This document shows positions 61,279-64,000 of a stretch of DNA of 64,000 nt, piece by piece (position 1 is the stretch's first letter; the number at the start of each line of letters is the position of its first letter). Made by a program: the position numbers and the translations under genes. The DNA is from Anaerolineae bacterium (GTDB taxonomy: Bacteria; Chloroflexota; Anaerolineae; Aggregatilineales; Ch27): assembly GCA_013178165.1 (NCBI GenBank), contig JABLXG010000036.1, positions 6,874 to 70,873 on the forward strand. The letters run 5' to 3'. The notes beneath the pieces were generated by a model, which did not search any database, was not told the origin of the DNA, and saw only the letters and a list, made by a program, of their open reading frames with translations.

Positions 61279-62763
61279 TCACGGTTCTACTGGCTCGGAG
61301 GGTGCGGGGATAGATGGACGGCGGAGCGCGCCCCGGAAGATTTCCCAGGCGTCCAGGACTTCGTCCCGTTCCAGCCACCACAGCAGCGCCAGGTACACCA
61401 TACCGCCGATCGGGATGGCGGTAACCAGGATGGCCAGGTCCGGCCAGTCGCTGACCAGCGAGCGCCACAGCATCACCACCACAAACATGATCCCGCCGCC
61501 CACAAAGGCGGAACGGAACACGCTGATGTATCGCTTCGGGCTGAAGGCCAGGAAGCGGCTGGCCAGCCATAGCCGCAGGATAGTGGTAACCATCAGGGCC
61601 AGCAGGTTGGCAAATGAAGCCGTGACCGCCAGGGGGGTGCGGTTCGTCATCACCCAGATCAGAGGAAAGGTGTACATGCCCTCAACCAGCAGCAGCTTGG
61701 TGGAAATATCCGGGCGACCCAGCGCCTTGAACACATCCCCGGCGCTCCAGGGCAGCGTGGCCACCATCCCCAGCAGAGCCAGCACCTGCACCAGGATGAT
61801 TGCTGGTTCCCATTGCTCCCCGAAGACGACCGGCACCATCTCCGGAGCGATGGCGACAATGCCCAGCCCGATTGGGACGGTGACAAACGCCGTGTACTTG
61901 GTTGTGGTCAAAAAGCCCTGGATCAGCCTGGCCCGATCTTCCTTGAGTTTGGCATAAGCCGGGAAGATCACTTTGGTCAGCACCAGGCTGAAGTTGATCA
62001 GGATCATCTCCGGGATTCGCGCGGCAATTGAATAGTAGCCGAGCTGTGTTTCCCCCAGCAGCAGGCCAATGAACATCTGATCGGCCTGTTCCAGCGCCAC
62101 GCCCAGCAGGTTGAACAACAGGATATAAACGCCATATCCCCAGAGCATCCTGGCCCGATCCATGAAAAAGCGAAAGCGCGGGCGCCAGGAACACAACACC
62201 CACTTGCCGATCATGCGCACCACAGAGCCGATCACGTGGCTGGAAACCAGGCTCCAGACCCCGAAGCCCAGCAACGCCAGCACGATCGCCGCGATGCCTT
62301 TGATTACCGCAGAGAAGAGATCGGGGATGTAGCGCTGCTTGAATAGCAGTTCCTTCTGTAGAAGACCGTCATGCGTGTTGCCCAGCGCGTTGAAGACGAA
62401 GGTCAATGCCATCACCCGCAGCATCGGCACAATACGGGGGTCGTCCACCAGGCGGAGGCTGATCGGCGCCAGCAAAAAGGCCAGCCCGTACTGCAGCAGG
62501 CCGATGCCGATGTTCATCAGGAAGGCGCTGTCCGCCGTATCATCCTGGCGTTCTGAGGAATAAATCAGCGCGTCCTTGATCCCGAAGTCCTGGGTAGCCT
62601 CAATGAAGTTAAGCAGTAGCAGGGCGTAACTGATCAGGCCGAAATCATCCGGTATCAGCAGCCGAGCCAGCACAGCCGTGCTCACCATGGTAAAGAGCCG
62701 GCTGCTGAAATACACGATATAAGACCACATCAACCCACGCACAGCGCGTTTGGCAATTCCCAC
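61279..62763 (-). CDS. Polysaccharide flippase (MOP/Wzx-type polysaccharide biosynthesis protein)
   Basis: 494 aa, about 14 TM segments. The N-terminal G..W......L...V..A.LARLL.P.DFG pattern is typical of Wzx-like exporters. Confidence 0.75.
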   Translation of the reverse strand: MGIAKRAVRGLMWSYIVYFSSRLFTMVSTAVLARLLIPDDFGLISYALLLLNFIEATQDFGIKDALIYSSERQDDTADSAFLMNIGIGLLQYGLAFLLAPISLRLVDDPRIVPMLRVMALTFVFNALGNTHDGLLQKELLFKQRYIPDLFSAVIKGIAAIVLALLGFGVWSLVSSHVIGSVVRMIGKWVLCSWRPRFRFFMDRARMLWGYGVYILLFNLLGVALEQADQMFIGLLLGETQLGYYSIAARIPEMILINFSLVLTKVIFPAYAKLKEDRARLIQGFLTTTKYTAFVTVPIGLGIVAIAPEMVPVVFGEQWEPAIILVQVLALLGMVATLPWSAGDVFKALGRPDISTKLLLVEGMYTFPLIWVMTNRTPLAVTASFANLLALMVTTILRLWLASRFLAFSPKRYISVFRSAFVGGGIMFVVVMLWRSLVSDWPDLAILVTAIPIGGMVYLALLWWLERDEVLDAWEIFRGALRRPSIPAPSEPVEP

Positions 62764-62803
62764 AGCACTTACGCTTTCATCCTATCAGACTCACCTGAGC
62801 GCC

Positions 62804-64000
62804 CTACCGCCAGAATGCCCGCAGCCGATCTTTCAGGGTTGGGCCGTAGAGGGCATCCACCAACCGCCTGGCCAGACTCAGTTTGGCCAGATGATAGGGA
62901 TACCAGAACGGTTCCACCGGCAAGCGCACCCGTTCCACATCCACCGTCTGGGAACAGGTCATCTGCAACAGCCCTTCTTCCCCGTGCATGCGCCCGTAGC
63001 CGCTTTCTTTGACCCCGCCCCAGGGCACCTCGGAAATCCCGCTGATCACCAGGTGGGAATTGACCGATACATGGCCAACCCTGAGCTGGCGGGCCACGCG
63101 CAGGCCGCGCTCGCGATCCCGTGTCCACACGCTGGCGGTCAGCCCAAAGGCAGAGTCATTGTTCAGGCGGATGGCATCCTGCTCATCCTTGGCCTGCAGC
63201 ACTGCCACGACCGGGCCAAACGTCTCTTCCCGGCAGATGCGCATCTCCGGTGTAACATCGGCCAGAATCGTTGGTGCGTAGAACTGCCCGCCAAGTTCCC
63301 GGAGCCGTCGCCCGCCGATGATCACGCGCGCGCCACCGGCCACGGCCTCGTTGACCTGCGTCTCCACGATCTCGATCTGAAAGGGCGTGGTCACCGCCGC
63401 CAGCGTAGAAAGCACCGGACGGCCAGCCGGGTCAAGCAGATGCTCCTGAACAGCGCGTTTCATCTCCTCCAGCAGCCGGTCCGCCACCTGCCGGACAACG
63501 ATGACCCGCTCCACTGAAGCGCATGTCTGCCCGGCGTTGAACATCCCCGCCCAGATGATCCCCCTGGCCGTATGCGGGATGTCCGCATCTTCCAGCACCA
63601 GGGCAGCATCTTTGCCACCCAGTTCTAGCATTGTTGGGATCAGCTTTTCGGCGGCGGCGCGGGCGATCTTCTTGCCGGTTGGCACACTGCCCGTAAAGGC
63701 GATCTTGTCAGGATGAGCCTCGATCAAAGCCTTGCCCACTGCCCCATCGCCATGGAGGATATGAAATACTTCCGGGGGGATGCCCGCCTCGGCGATCGCT
63801 GCCGCGATGACCTCGCCTACCTGGGTGGCGTATTCTGAGGGTTTATAGATCACGCTGTTGCCGGCCAGTAACGCCCCCACAATCGGGCCAACCGACAGGA
63901 ACAGCGGGTAATTCCAGGGCGAGATGACCAGCACCACGCCGTACGGCCGGCGCTCGATCACAAAGCGACGATGAGGCTGCAACCGCACGGTCACCGGCAC
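62804..64000 (-). CDS. Aldehyde dehydrogenase family protein (N-terminus outside window)
   Basis: ISPWNYP, FTGS...G, MLELGGKDA, catalytic Cys in FNAGQTCASVERV, EETFGPV. Confidence 0.85.
   Translation of the reverse strand: MPVTVRLQPHRRFVIERRPYGVVLVISPWNYPLFLSVGPIVGALLAGNSVIYKPSEYATQVGEVIAAAIAEAGIPPEVFHILHGDGAVGKALIEAHPDKIAFTGSVPTGKKIARAAAEKLIPTMLELGGKDAALVLEDADIPHTARGIIWAGMFNAGQTCASVERVIVVRQVADRLLEEMKRAVQEHLLDPAGRPVLSTLAAVTTPFQIEIVETQVNEAVAGGARVIIGGRRLRELGGQFYAPTILADVTPEMRICREETFGPVVAVLQAKDEQDAIRLNNDSAFGLTASVWTRDRERGLRVARQLRVGHVSVNSHLVISGISEVPWGGVKESGYGRMHGEEGLLQMTCSQTVDVERVRLPVEPFWYPYHLAKLSLARRLVDALYGPTLKDRLRAFWR

Noticed and set aside
1-64000. Looked for tRNA, rRNA, tmRNA/SRP/RNase P-like sequences and CRISPR-type regularly spaced repeats in all intergenic gaps longer than 80 bp
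   Set aside because: By eye I found no T-arm-like GGTTCGAATCC-type motifs, no rRNA-like segments and no repeat-spacer periodicity. This negative result is only as good as a visual scan. tRNAscan-SE, Infernal and a CRISPR finder should confirm it.

Overview
GC-rich bacterial chromosomal segment. G+C was judged by eye and not computed. I did this by reading the sequence and the ORF track, with no BLAST, HMM or RNA folding, so every family call rests on motifs I recognise. Gene content, an ISKra4-type IS and near-consensus sigma-70 promoters suggest Chloroflexota, but that is inference only.

I support about 58 protein-coding genes on both strands, mostly housekeeping:
- Translation and protein quality control: prfA-prmC-tsaC, rpsT, rpoD, yceD, ybaK-like, pcm, HtrA-like.
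- Metabolism: trxB, cysM-type cysteine synthase, asnB, moeA, korAB, several SDRs, AKR, ALDH, FAH.
- Transport: LivF fragment, ABC exporter, P-type ATPase, two solute-binding proteins.

I saw no rRNA, tRNA or CRISPR array. I did not recognise a known defence system or biosynthetic gene cluster.

Features most worth follow-up:
1. Four tandem DegV (FakB-like) paralogs sit between an MBL-fold hydrolase and a YbaK-type deacylase. A perfect CRP-type palindrome abuts a consensus promoter upstream, and no FakA is present in the window.
2. An RNase HI gene carries an internally duplicated second RNase H domain that has lost all catalytic residues.
3. Two IS copies have perfect inverted repeats and intact target-site duplications, but frameshifted transposase genes. 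The ISKra4-like copy sits exactly between the divergent asnB and rpsT promoters. The ISAs1-like copy cuts off the 3' end of a CelD/GNAT-like gene in an exopolysaccharide-like operon.
4. A roughly 240-nt cysM leader contains a 14-codon uORF with two Cys codons and a duplicated CTTTTGTTTT tract.
5. An OmpR-family regulator has a degenerate receiver domain.

Many long ORFs antisense to real genes are GC-driven artefacts and were rejected.
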